From a virus: DNA of 64,000 nucleotides. The notes beneath the pieces are model-generated. The model had not been told where the DNA came from. It worked only from the letters and a program-made list of their open reading frames with translations, and ran no database searches. The position numbers and the translations under genes are program-made. The stretch is from positions 1 to 64,000 of the IMG/VR virus record IMGVR_UViG_3300033552_000002. One strand, written 5' to 3'. Below, piece by piece: positions 47,596 through 56,204 of this stretch (positions are counted from its first letter, which is position 1; each line of letters starts with the position of its first letter).

Positions 47596-49182
47596 TTATA
47601 CTTTAGTGTTACCTCCTAAAAAGTAATTGTTAGTAGCTAGTTCTTGACTTAGAAAGGTTTGATGATATTGTCCTTTTATTTTTAACCCAATAGGGTTTCT
47701 AATAGTTGTACCTGATACTAAATAATTTACATCTCCTGTACCTTTTTGAGTAAAGCCTATACCTATCTTAGCCAATAACCCAGCAGGCACTGCTATTGTT
47801 ACTGCTGTAGCACCATTATCTATAATAATTTCATAATTACTATCATTATTACTTAATGTATAAGTAGTACCAACAAAATGTGTAGGATAAGTAATTACTT
47901 TTTGTAAATTTAATTCCTCTGTAGTTGCTATTGTATATGTACCAGGTTCAATTTTTGCGGGAAAATTAATGGAAGTAAGTACTGTTGGAGTTAATATTCC
48001 AATTTGTGTATTTGCTGAAGGACTGCTCCAATCTACTTTATAAATTCTTAAATTACCATTAACTGTTTCAACACCACTTTCAATATCTCCTTTTCTAGTT
48101 CTAAAACGGACAACATTATTGTCCATATTAAACCTTGAAAATGCAGTTTGTGCTCCATAAACACCTGAGTCAGTAGAAAATGAAAAGTTTCTATTATTTG
48201 CAGTTCCTCCCATTATTAAAACATGACTATTTCCAGCTTCGTATTCTGCATAATCTCCTACACTTAAAACCTGTTGTAAAGTTGGAAGTGTAGAAATAGT
48301 GTTAGCTACTAAGTATTCTTTAGTAACAATAGCTTTACCTGATGCTGCAGCTATTAACGTGTTTGTTACAGTTGGTAATAAGCATAGTCCATTTTTAAGT
48401 AATGTCAGTCCATCTAATCTATTAATAGAATCAGTTCCAACACCAACATTAAATATTCTATCTGTTAAAGAAAAACCTAAGACACTTACAGGAGTATAGT
48501 CAGTTCCATAATAACCCACTGATATTTCAGCAGCAGACCTTGCAAAGTTTGAAACATTAAGAGCTACAGCACCTATTCCTGTTGATACACATTTATATCC
48601 AAATGAAAATCCCCAATCACGAGTTGCAATACTTTCTTGACCACCTGTAAAAGAAGCTACACCAGAAGACACACAATATGATCCAGTTACAAAAGCTAAT
48701 TGTCCACTAGCTATACTGTCATTACCAAAAGCTGCTGCACCATATCCAGATGCTGTAACTTCTCTATTTGCTGCAAAGGCAAAATTGCCAGTTGCACCTA
48801 AAGTAGTTGATGGACTTCCACTATATGATAAATCTATAGCATTAAATCCAACAACAGCATAATTATCAGGTACTCTACCTCTAATTATTATTCCATTTCC
48901 TTTACCTTCATCTATAGTTACAAAAGCAGGTAAAATTATTGTAGGCCTATTTAATATAGCTCCAATACCTGTGGTAGCATTCCAATCTGTTTGAACTTGT
49001 GGAACTAATACAGGTATAATAGGCTTATTAAATATTTTAGTAACACCTGCTTCACTATTCCAGTCTGCATTTGCTTGTATGTACTCTACTTTTTTTTCTA
49101 CATTTTTCTCTATAACAATTAAATTGTTAGGAGAAAGAGCATCTATAATTCCTTTACCTTTGTTGACTATTTCAAATACCAT
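47596..49182 (-). CDS. tail fibre/receptor-binding-like protein (528 aa)
   Basis: Shares the N-terminal module with the 119-aa protein. The central Gly/Ala/Ser-rich repeats (GYGAAAFGNDSIASGQLAFVTGSYCVSSGVASFTGG) are typical of beta-helical fibre shafts. Confidence 0.55.
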   Translation of the reverse strand: MVFEIVNKGKGIIDALSPNNLIVIEKNVEKKVEYIQANADWNSEAGVTKIFNKPIIPVLVPQVQTDWNATTGIGAILNRPTIILPAFVTIDEGKGNGIIIRGRVPDNYAVVGFNAIDLSYSGSPSTTLGATGNFAFAANREVTASGYGAAAFGNDSIASGQLAFVTGSYCVSSGVASFTGGQESIATRDWGFSFGYKCVSTGIGAVALNVSNFARSAAEISVGYYGTDYTPVSVLGFSLTDRIFNVGVGTDSINRLDGLTLLKNGLCLLPTVTNTLIAAASGKAIVTKEYLVANTISTLPTLQQVLSVGDYAEYEAGNSHVLIMGGTANNRNFSFSTDSGVYGAQTAFSRFNMDNNVVRFRTRKGDIESGVETVNGNLRIYKVDWSSPSANTQIGILTPTVLTSINFPAKIEPGTYTIATTEELNLQKVITYPTHFVGTTYTLSNNDSNYEIIIDNGATAVTIAVPAGLLAKIGIGFTQKGTGDVNYLVSGTTIRNPIGLKIKGQYHQTFLSQELATNNYFLGGNTKV

Positions 49183-49206
49183 AGCTTATATTTGTTTTAT
49201 TAAATA

Positions 49207-49731
49207 TTATACTAAAAAAGTATACTCTGCATAAGTAAGATACACTTCAATATTACCAGAACCTCCAGTAGGATTAGCTACAGGTGTATTTAAAAAGTAT
49301 TCAGAAGCACTAAGGTCTCCTCCAGTAATACTTCCATTTAAAGCTAAAGTTGCAATCCAAGCTCCAAGGGTATTAATCAAAGGATTGGCATTTATGTTTG
49401 GAGAAATTATATTACCTAAAGTATCTTTAATTTGCAGAACATTGTTTGCCATTGTATATCCTACACCATTTAATCTTTTAATGTAAACATTAATAGGAAC
49501 TCTAACTTTACCTGCAGGAGTTGAACCCAAAATTTTAACTGGTACACTAAACAAAGTTAATATTTGAGCTTGAGTAATAATAGTTTTAGCTACTTTAGTT
49601 ACAGATTGTGCATCTGTATAATCAACTAAAGAGTCAAGTATATCAGCTATTTCAACATTTGAAATGCTTGAAGGAACTGTCTTAAGAACTAAGTTATTTT
49701 GTATGTTAGTTTTTATAGTTGTATTTGTCAT
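49207..49731 (-). CDS. hypothetical structural protein (174 aa)
   Basis: ORF in the structural operon. Confidence 0.5.
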   Translation of the reverse strand: MTNTTIKTNIQNNLVLKTVPSSISNVEIADILDSLVDYTDAQSVTKVAKTIITQAQILTLFSVPVKILGSTPAGKVRVPINVYIKRLNGVGYTMANNVLQIKDTLGNIISPNINANPLINTLGAWIATLALNGSITGGDLSASEYFLNTPVANPTGGSGNIEVYLTYAEYTFLV

Positions 49732-49745
49732 AATAGTAAATATAA

Positions 49746-50636
49746 TTAGTTAAATAAAGTATTAAATAATGGACTAAACAGATTTGCATTAAGAAGAGTA
49801 TCATCTATGATTTCTATATTCCATTTACTATCTGTTTCAAGTATAACTCTTTGTTCAATAGGTAAAGTTAATATATAAGCACATACTTGCTCTTCTATGG
49901 TTCCTACTCCACTCAATTGAGATTTGTATATAGTTAATACTCTAACAAAGTTATTTTGTTGTAAAAGAGCTATATCAGGTAAAGAGCCATTAAGTCCAAT
50001 AGGTAAACCTAAAGTTCTTATACAAGGAAGTATTAAAGCTGATTTAAACTTGATTTTTATATAGTCTATTTCTGCTTGATCTATAGCTTTGCTAAGTTGC
50101 TGGAAATAAAATACTGAATATAAAAAAGCAATGTTTTGTTTTAATAATCCTATGTGGTTACTTTCACCAGTTAACTGTTCTTTATACTCATTGTCATATA
50201 TTAAGTTTTCAGAATAACAAAAGAAAACAGTAGATACACCTACCATATACTCAGTATATTTAATTAGGTTTAACTGATTATATAACATTAATTTAGAGAA
50301 AACAGTAGAAGTAGTTTCACAATTACTATCACAATCTACACATACCTGACCACAAAGAATATCTTGAACTACACATATTGTGTCTTCCAAGATTTTTTCA
50401 AAGTTATAAATAATCTTTTGTATGTCTGGATTAACACCATCTCTAAAAGTAAATTCATATTTACCTGTAAGTGGCATTTTCAAGATTACACTTTGATTTA
50501 ATGCTAAGGTTCCTGACATTGTAGTAGTCATTTCTCCACAAGCATTTCTTTGTAAGGTGTAACTTAAAGTTGCAACACCCTTATTAGTAAGGGTGTTAAC
50601 ATCTTTATAAGTAAGAAAAGTGTGCTCTATAGCCAT
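49746..50636 (-). CDS. hypothetical structural protein (296 aa)
   Basis: ORF in the structural operon. Contains a Cys cluster (CGQVCVDCDSNC). Confidence 0.5.
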   Translation of the reverse strand: MAIEHTFLTYKDVNTLTNKGVATLSYTLQRNACGEMTTTMSGTLALNQSVILKMPLTGKYEFTFRDGVNPDIQKIIYNFEKILEDTICVVQDILCGQVCVDCDSNCETTSTVFSKLMLYNQLNLIKYTEYMVGVSTVFFCYSENLIYDNEYKEQLTGESNHIGLLKQNIAFLYSVFYFQQLSKAIDQAEIDYIKIKFKSALILPCIRTLGLPIGLNGSLPDIALLQQNNFVRVLTIYKSQLSGVGTIEEQVCAYILTLPIEQRVILETDSKWNIEIIDDTLLNANLFSPLFNTLFN

Positions 50637-50653
50637 TTATCTTAGTTTTAAAA

Positions 50654-51856
50654 TTAAGCTATACCATCAGTTGATGCATTGGCTGGATCACTTTCTACTA
50701 CTGTTGGACCTACATTAGCTGCAGCAGCATCATCAGCCAAAGGCTCAAATGCACCACCTGCTACAATAGCATCTATTAAAGCTGCTACAGAAGCTCTAGT
50801 TGTAGTCTCTGTTGCTGGAATAGCAATAAAGGTACTTAAAGTATTTTCATACTCTAACCATCCACTCTCAGATTTCATAAAATATTCCAAAGCAAATTGG
50901 TCATATTTTGTAGCATCTACAGCCAAGTAATGAATGTCACCTCTTGCAGTACCTGTAGTTTCAGATAAAACATAAGGGCCACTTCCATTATAACTAGAAG
51001 AATGATACTCTTTATGTTTAATATTTGTTCCAGAACCTTCCTCATAAGCTATCTCTTGTACAGTAGAAACTACAGTAGAAGAAGTAAAGCCTTCAACTAC
51101 AGCTACACCAATGTTAGTTTCTAACAATTTGTGAAAGTTCAAGTTGATTTGGAAATTTGCACCAACTCTCAAAGGACTAGCTTGAACAGTAAAATCTGTA
51201 AATACTTTGTTTGCTGTAGTAGCAGTAGTATTAAACACAATTAATCTGTCAAGATCAGCCTCAGTCATTGTAGCACCTTTAGCATAATCTAAAGATGTTC
51301 CATGTGTAAGAATTGTAATAGCTTGTCTTGCAACAATCTTAGCCACAATCATTTTGCTTTCATCTAATGAAATTTCTCTAACTAAAAGTTTAGTTAGTAC
51401 ATTTGAATCTACAGTTCCTTCTGGAGTTCTCACTACAAAAGTTTTGGCAAAAGTATTTTGACCTTGAATTCTAGAAATTCTTGAATTTCTAAATTCTATC
51501 TTTACTCCATAATCAGTGTCAGCTATTACACCATACTCACCTACTTCAACAATCTTAGGTCTCCCTGCAGAATGTGGTTTGAAAGTATAACCTGTAATAC
51601 CTTTTCTCTGAATCATTTGTCCTGCTGAAGTTCTGATATCTTCTAAAGTACCACTTCCTGTCTTATCAACTCCTACTGCAAAGTAAAAATCTCTAGACAT
51701 TGGGCTAGTAGCAGCTCCAATAGATAAACCAGTATTCACATCAAATGCTCCTAATTGACCTATGGCCAAACCAGAAATATTTAAACCTGCAGCAAGAACA
51801 GCTTGGTTTCCTTTAGTTACAAGAACTTGGAATACGTCATTGTTTCTATTACTCAT
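50654..51856 (-). CDS. abundant-type virion structural protein (400 aa), role unknown
   Basis: Ala/Gly/Thr/Val-rich composition, atypical for this AT-rich genome. Lies in the capsid-proximal module. Confidence 0.5.
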   Translation of the reverse strand: MSNRNNDVFQVLVTKGNQAVLAAGLNISGLAIGQLGAFDVNTGLSIGAATSPMSRDFYFAVGVDKTGSGTLEDIRTSAGQMIQRKGITGYTFKPHSAGRPKIVEVGEYGVIADTDYGVKIEFRNSRISRIQGQNTFAKTFVVRTPEGTVDSNVLTKLLVREISLDESKMIVAKIVARQAITILTHGTSLDYAKGATMTEADLDRLIVFNTTATTANKVFTDFTVQASPLRVGANFQINLNFHKLLETNIGVAVVEGFTSSTVVSTVQEIAYEEGSGTNIKHKEYHSSSYNGSGPYVLSETTGTARGDIHYLAVDATKYDQFALEYFMKSESGWLEYENTLSTFIAIPATETTTRASVAALIDAIVAGGAFEPLADDAAAANVGPTVVESDPANASTDGIA

Positions 51857-51872
51857 AATAATACGTTTTTAA

Positions 51873-52574
51873 TTAAATAATTTGATTAAAATTCAGTTTG
51901 TTCAGTTTCACCTGATAATCAGAAGTTTGAATTTCCGAAGATGCAAGCATTACAGCAATATCAACAATTTCTCTATGAGTATGGTCTGGAAGTTCACAAT
52001 TTACAGAGCCTGTTAAGGCTACTCCAGAGGGCATCACATATCCATCAATTCTGTAATCTTCAGCATTGTGGATATACTTTGTTTTGCGTATATAGGTAAT
52101 ACAAACATTGTCTACAGTAAATGTACCATCAGTGCCAAATAACATTCCATCTGAATTAAAAAGAGCATTAACTTCTCTCCATTCAAAAGATGACTTATTA
52201 AAAACACTTCCCTCAGAATCATCATCATGTTGGACAATGAATACTTTAGCTTTTCTATTAGCACATTCTTTTTTAGTTATAGTACAATTACTTGATATAT
52301 GATACTTATATCTTTCAGGTAATTGTACTACACTTTTTCCATTAGGATTTAAACATTCAGTTACTACTATAGACTTTATATCTTCTGTAGACCTTTGACT
52401 AGTTTCAAAACCTAAGTTGTTTTTAATTCTAGGTTCAGCAATTAGTTTAATAAAAATTTCTTCAGCTTCATTTAAGAACCAGTCAATTTCAGGCACAAGA
52501 AGATTTCTATTCTTCTGACTGTCAATCTTGTTGAATTTCTTTTTAAAATCGTAATGCATCTCCTTAACATTCAT
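51873..52574 (-). CDS. hypothetical structural-module protein (233 aa)
   Basis: ORF in the operon. Confidence 0.5.
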   Translation of the reverse strand: MNVKEMHYDFKKKFNKIDSQKNRNLLVPEIDWFLNEAEEIFIKLIAEPRIKNNLGFETSQRSTEDIKSIVVTECLNPNGKSVVQLPERYKYHISSNCTITKKECANRKAKVFIVQHDDDSEGSVFNKSSFEWREVNALFNSDGMLFGTDGTFTVDNVCITYIRKTKYIHNAEDYRIDGYVMPSGVALTGSVNCELPDHTHREIVDIAVMLASSEIQTSDYQVKLNKLNFNQII

Positions 52575-52579
52575 CCTTC

Positions 52580-53380
52580 TTAGTTATTAGCTTGTGATAA
52601 AAGAACTAATTTCAAATCTTGATTTTCATCTAAAGAAAGATATTTGGCCACTTCTAATTCATCAATTCCTAGTAAAGAATCCATGTGTAAGATTTTGTGC
52701 CCTTCTCTTCTTAAGATACTTTTTTGTAAACACTCTAAAACTAAAGCATAGTTAGTAGATTCTTTTTTATCCATTGTTAAATGTCTTAAGAATCCATCAG
52801 CATCTTTAGTGACAATTTTGTCTAATGCAACTTCTATGAAAGATGTACTCTGTCCTTTGAGATTTTTGCCATCTATAATCATAATAAGCTCAATTTTTTT
52901 ATCAGGTGATAATTTGGATGCTTCAATGATAGCTTTGTTTTTAGTTGCTACTTTAGTTGCAACAATATCAGCTTCTTCTGTTTCATCATAAATCACGTGA
53001 GTAGCTTCAGGGAATAAACCTTCATTGTAATCTGACATTGAATTAGCAATGTACTTACTTGCTCTCATAATTTTAACTTTGATAAAATTAAGAGGTAAGT
53101 TAATGTCAAAAAACATTGTATTATTTTCTAACTTAAATGTACTCATATTTGAATCCCAAAAAGGGTGAGGTACTTCAGAATCAAAATTATCTGATAAATC
53201 ATACTTAATACCTTTAGCTTTCAAATCTTTAATATCAGCTACAGTTAATCCAGTTGCATATTTCATGGTTTCTGTATCAACTAATGCTTGCATTTTCTTA
53301 GGTCTTGTGAAAGACTCATTACCTACTTTATTGTGCCATTTTTTGACTTCGATAGGTCTAACTTCAATTAGTGTGCTCAT
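52580..53380 (-). CDS. hypothetical structural-module protein (266 aa)
   Basis: First ORF after the terminator/promoter pair downstream of the MCP gene. Confidence 0.5.
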   Translation of the reverse strand: MSTLIEVRPIEVKKWHNKVGNESFTRPKKMQALVDTETMKYATGLTVADIKDLKAKGIKYDLSDNFDSEVPHPFWDSNMSTFKLENNTMFFDINLPLNFIKVKIMRASKYIANSMSDYNEGLFPEATHVIYDETEEADIVATKVATKNKAIIEASKLSPDKKIELIMIIDGKNLKGQSTSFIEVALDKIVTKDADGFLRHLTMDKKESTNYALVLECLQKSILRREGHKILHMDSLLGIDELEVAKYLSLDENQDLKLVLLSQANN

Positions 53381-53403
53381 AATTTTCTTTTTAATTATTT
53401 TAG

Positions 53404-53411
53404 CAAATATA
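53404..53411 (-). promoter_or_regulatory. TAnnTTTG -7 box (TATATTTG) upstream of the 266-aa gene
   Basis: CAAATATA on the plus strand, 23 nt before the ATG at 53380 and directly downstream of the MCP terminator hairpin. Confidence 0.4.
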
Positions 53412-53428
53412 ATTCTTTTAATTAAATA

Positions 53429-53458
53429 AAACTACCTTAAAATTAATTAAGGTAGTTT
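53429..53458 (-). terminator. hairpin terminator downstream of the putative major capsid gene
   Basis: 12-bp perfect stem AAACTACCTTAA / TTAAGGTAGTTT with a 6-nt loop. On the minus-strand transcript it is followed by TTATTTAATT. Confidence 0.6.
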
Positions 53459-53474
53459 GTTATTTATCTACTAA

Positions 53475-54932
53475 TTAGTTTCTTGATAAGATCAATTCAC
53501 CACATTTAGTTACATCTTCAATATGAATACCACATGATTTTCCAACATGCATTTCATAGTAATCTCCAGCGTGAGCAGAAGAACCACCATTCTTAGGACC
53601 ATAAGGGCCATACATACCTTCCACATAAGTGAAACTGAAACCATCTTTCTTGTTCATAATTTTCAAGTTAGATTTTTTACCTTCTCCTGAGAAGTCTAAG
53701 AATGTAATTCTTTGAGACTCAATAGGGAATCCAGTTACTTCATCAATCTCGAAATTGATTTCTCTATCATCATAAAGAGGATTATGAATCAACTCTAAAG
53801 ATGCTCCATTTGCCATGTTGTATTTAACAAATTGGTAACCAGCTTCCAATGCATTTGTATGCACATCAGACTGAACTTTGTTTGTATAAACTTCAACATT
53901 CTTAATGAAAGAAGATTTAGCTTGCCAATCTTGGATAGCTCTATGGAATTGTAACATACCATATTCACCTGTATATCCTTTGATTTGTCTTCCTTTTCCA
54001 GGTTTAACTCTAGAGTAGAAAATATCTTGCAAGTACTCTTCAATTAACTTGGCAGTTAAGTGAGTGTATCTATGTACATGAGAATCTTCTAATTGCTCTT
54101 GAATTCCAGGGCCCATTCTTACAGGTCTACCATTTGCACCAAGAACTGTTTCAGCACTTCTTGAATACCAGTAACCTCTTTCAATTTCTCTGTACCATTG
54201 AATCCAATATTCAACTTCAGCATAACGCATCCATGAATTATGATATGTTCCTTTACTATCAGGAATAGCTACAGCTAAAACTTCAGTAGAAGCATAGTCA
54301 GTAATTCTGTATTCCTTTCTGTATTTTGACATTTTGTTTCTGAAAGCAATTGGCATACTGAAAACAGTAGAACCTGATTGCTCAGCAGCTTCTTCATACT
54401 GAGAAAATAACTTACCCCATTGTTGTCCTGGCTTCAAATACTTCAAAGGCATAAATGCTTGAGGATCATCAGAGTTCATTCTAACAGTATAGACTGTACC
54501 ATCTCCAGATTTTTGACCTTGATTTTGGATTCTTACTTGATACTTCTTGTTAGAAGTACCTGGAAAAATAACATCTCCTGGAAGATACCAATTTTCATCC
54601 AACTTAATTTTAAAGGTAGCTCTAAACTTACCTGGAGTTGTATTTGATGTAGGCTCTACATTTGAAATTACAACTAAAGGTCTAGTGTTAGCTCCTTTTA
54701 AATCCCATTCCCATTCAGTAGCAGCAATAGTTTCTTCTGTTCTTGGGCTTCCCATCAATGTTGAACTGATTGGGTTATCAGAGTAGTAGTTTTGTGCAGA
54801 GAACAATTTGTCCATTTCTCCTATCAATCTGTGTGGTTTTGCAAGTAAAGCTTTCCCTAAGTGAGACTGCTCAGTCATATTTGCATTCCACTCCATCTCT
54901 TTGATAATGAGTTTATTTCCTAATGTAGCCAT
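53475..54932 (-). CDS. putative major capsid protein (485 aa)
   Basis: Position: TerL, portal, acidic scaffold-like protein, then this gene. The size fits crAss-like HK97-fold MCPs, and it has a dedicated strong hairpin terminator right after it. No homology search was possible. Confidence 0.55.
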   Translation of the reverse strand: MATLGNKLIIKEMEWNANMTEQSHLGKALLAKPHRLIGEMDKLFSAQNYYSDNPISSTLMGSPRTEETIAATEWEWDLKGANTRPLVVISNVEPTSNTTPGKFRATFKIKLDENWYLPGDVIFPGTSNKKYQVRIQNQGQKSGDGTVYTVRMNSDDPQAFMPLKYLKPGQQWGKLFSQYEEAAEQSGSTVFSMPIAFRNKMSKYRKEYRITDYASTEVLAVAIPDSKGTYHNSWMRYAEVEYWIQWYREIERGYWYSRSAETVLGANGRPVRMGPGIQEQLEDSHVHRYTHLTAKLIEEYLQDIFYSRVKPGKGRQIKGYTGEYGMLQFHRAIQDWQAKSSFIKNVEVYTNKVQSDVHTNALEAGYQFVKYNMANGASLELIHNPLYDDREINFEIDEVTGFPIESQRITFLDFSGEGKKSNLKIMNKKDGFSFTYVEGMYGPYGPKNGGSSAHAGDYYEMHVGKSCGIHIEDVTKCGELILSRN

Positions 54933-54956
54933 AGTTATTTACATTTTTAATTAATA

Positions 54957-56120
54957 TTAGTCTAGTAAATCTGCTAGAGATTTTTTTTGTTTTTGTGAAC
55001 TTCCTGAAGACCCTTTTAAATTTATTTTATCTGAGTTCTGTATGGTAGCTTGAGCTGCCTTTGAAAACTCTGTAATTGTTTTTGCACTAATTGAACTGAA
55101 ATCAAAGTCACTGTTTACTAACTTGGCTAAACCTATAAGTTTAGTTTTGTCTCCTAGTATAGCAAATAAGTCAGCTTGAAATTTACTAACAGTTGTTCCA
55201 TTTTGAAGAGGAATTTTTACATCAGCAATATAGTTTGGAAGACTTTCTTTATCCTTTTTACTAATTACTAAACCTTTAAAGTTTTCAACTGTTTCAAGAT
55301 AAGTAGTTAATTCATCTTTGTATTTTTTCTGAGTAGCTTTATTTCTAATCTTAGTTTGTTCTATTTCAGTAATACCAGCTTTTCTTTCTTTTTCTTGTCT
55401 TGCTACACGCTTAGTTTGAGCTTTAGTAGAAAAGTTTTCTAACTTACCACTATCCTTTAAAAACTCAATTTGAGTAATAACATCCTCAGCATCATATTCT
55501 AAATCCTGTAATTCAAGTGTTGCAGATAAAATTTGATTAGCTTCATCTGTCATATCACTATCTTTATCTAAACCTGTAACAGCATGACTAGACATTTTAG
55601 AAAGCAATTCTGTAACATTTCCACCTTTAGATGCAAACCTTACTAAATCTTTTACAGCTTCTGGTAAATCCTTAATTGTATTCTCAACACCTGCTTGGAT
55701 AGAATCTTCCCAGTTATCTTCTAATATTTCTTGAGCTAGGTCTTCTGTCATTACTGTACCTTCTTCAAGTTCAAAAGATAACATACCTTTCTCTTTTAAA
55801 AATTCAACAGTATCTTTATTACCTATTTTTACAACTGGAGCCTTTTCCTTTACTTTATCTGGAGTTGTAATATCTGTATTGTCATCATCTTCATCAGACA
55901 TTTTATGTACAGCTTCAAATTCTTCAAACTGTTTGTCAACAGTTATTTCTTCAGCTTTTTCTTTTTTGTCTGTTTTTTCTTTTTCAACAGTAACTTTATC
56001 TTCAGCTACTTGTTCTAAAACTTCTTGAGGAGTTAGTTCAGCAATAATTTCTTTTTCTCCAAAGAAATCATGTGAGCTTGCTTCAAATCCTGAAAAGTTG
56101 TCTAGGGTTTCTTTAATCAT
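54957..56120 (-). CDS. acidic, Lys/Glu-rich protein, possible scaffolding protein (387 aa)
   Basis: Highly charged, helix-prone sequence lying between the portal and the putative MCP. Confidence 0.35.
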   Translation of the reverse strand: MIKETLDNFSGFEASSHDFFGEKEIIAELTPQEVLEQVAEDKVTVEKEKTDKKEKAEEITVDKQFEEFEAVHKMSDEDDDNTDITTPDKVKEKAPVVKIGNKDTVEFLKEKGMLSFELEEGTVMTEDLAQEILEDNWEDSIQAGVENTIKDLPEAVKDLVRFASKGGNVTELLSKMSSHAVTGLDKDSDMTDEANQILSATLELQDLEYDAEDVITQIEFLKDSGKLENFSTKAQTKRVARQEKERKAGITEIEQTKIRNKATQKKYKDELTTYLETVENFKGLVISKKDKESLPNYIADVKIPLQNGTTVSKFQADLFAILGDKTKLIGLAKLVNSDFDFSSISAKTITEFSKAAQATIQNSDKINLKGSSGSSQKQKKSLADLLD

Positions 56121-56128
56121 AATGGTTG

Positions 56129-56161
56129 CAAATTTAAGTTTAATTATTTATAAAATACAAG
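56129..56161 (-). promoter_or_regulatory. Bacteroidota-type promoter (TTG-N21-TAAATTTG) upstream of the scaffold-like/MCP genes
   Basis: On the minus strand, TAAATTTG lies at 56136-56129, 8 nt before the ATG at 56120, with cTTG at 56161-56158. Confidence 0.45.
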
Positions 56162-56204
56162 TTTAATTCTTTACTCGACTTATTTAAAGTGTAATAGCCT
56201 TTTC

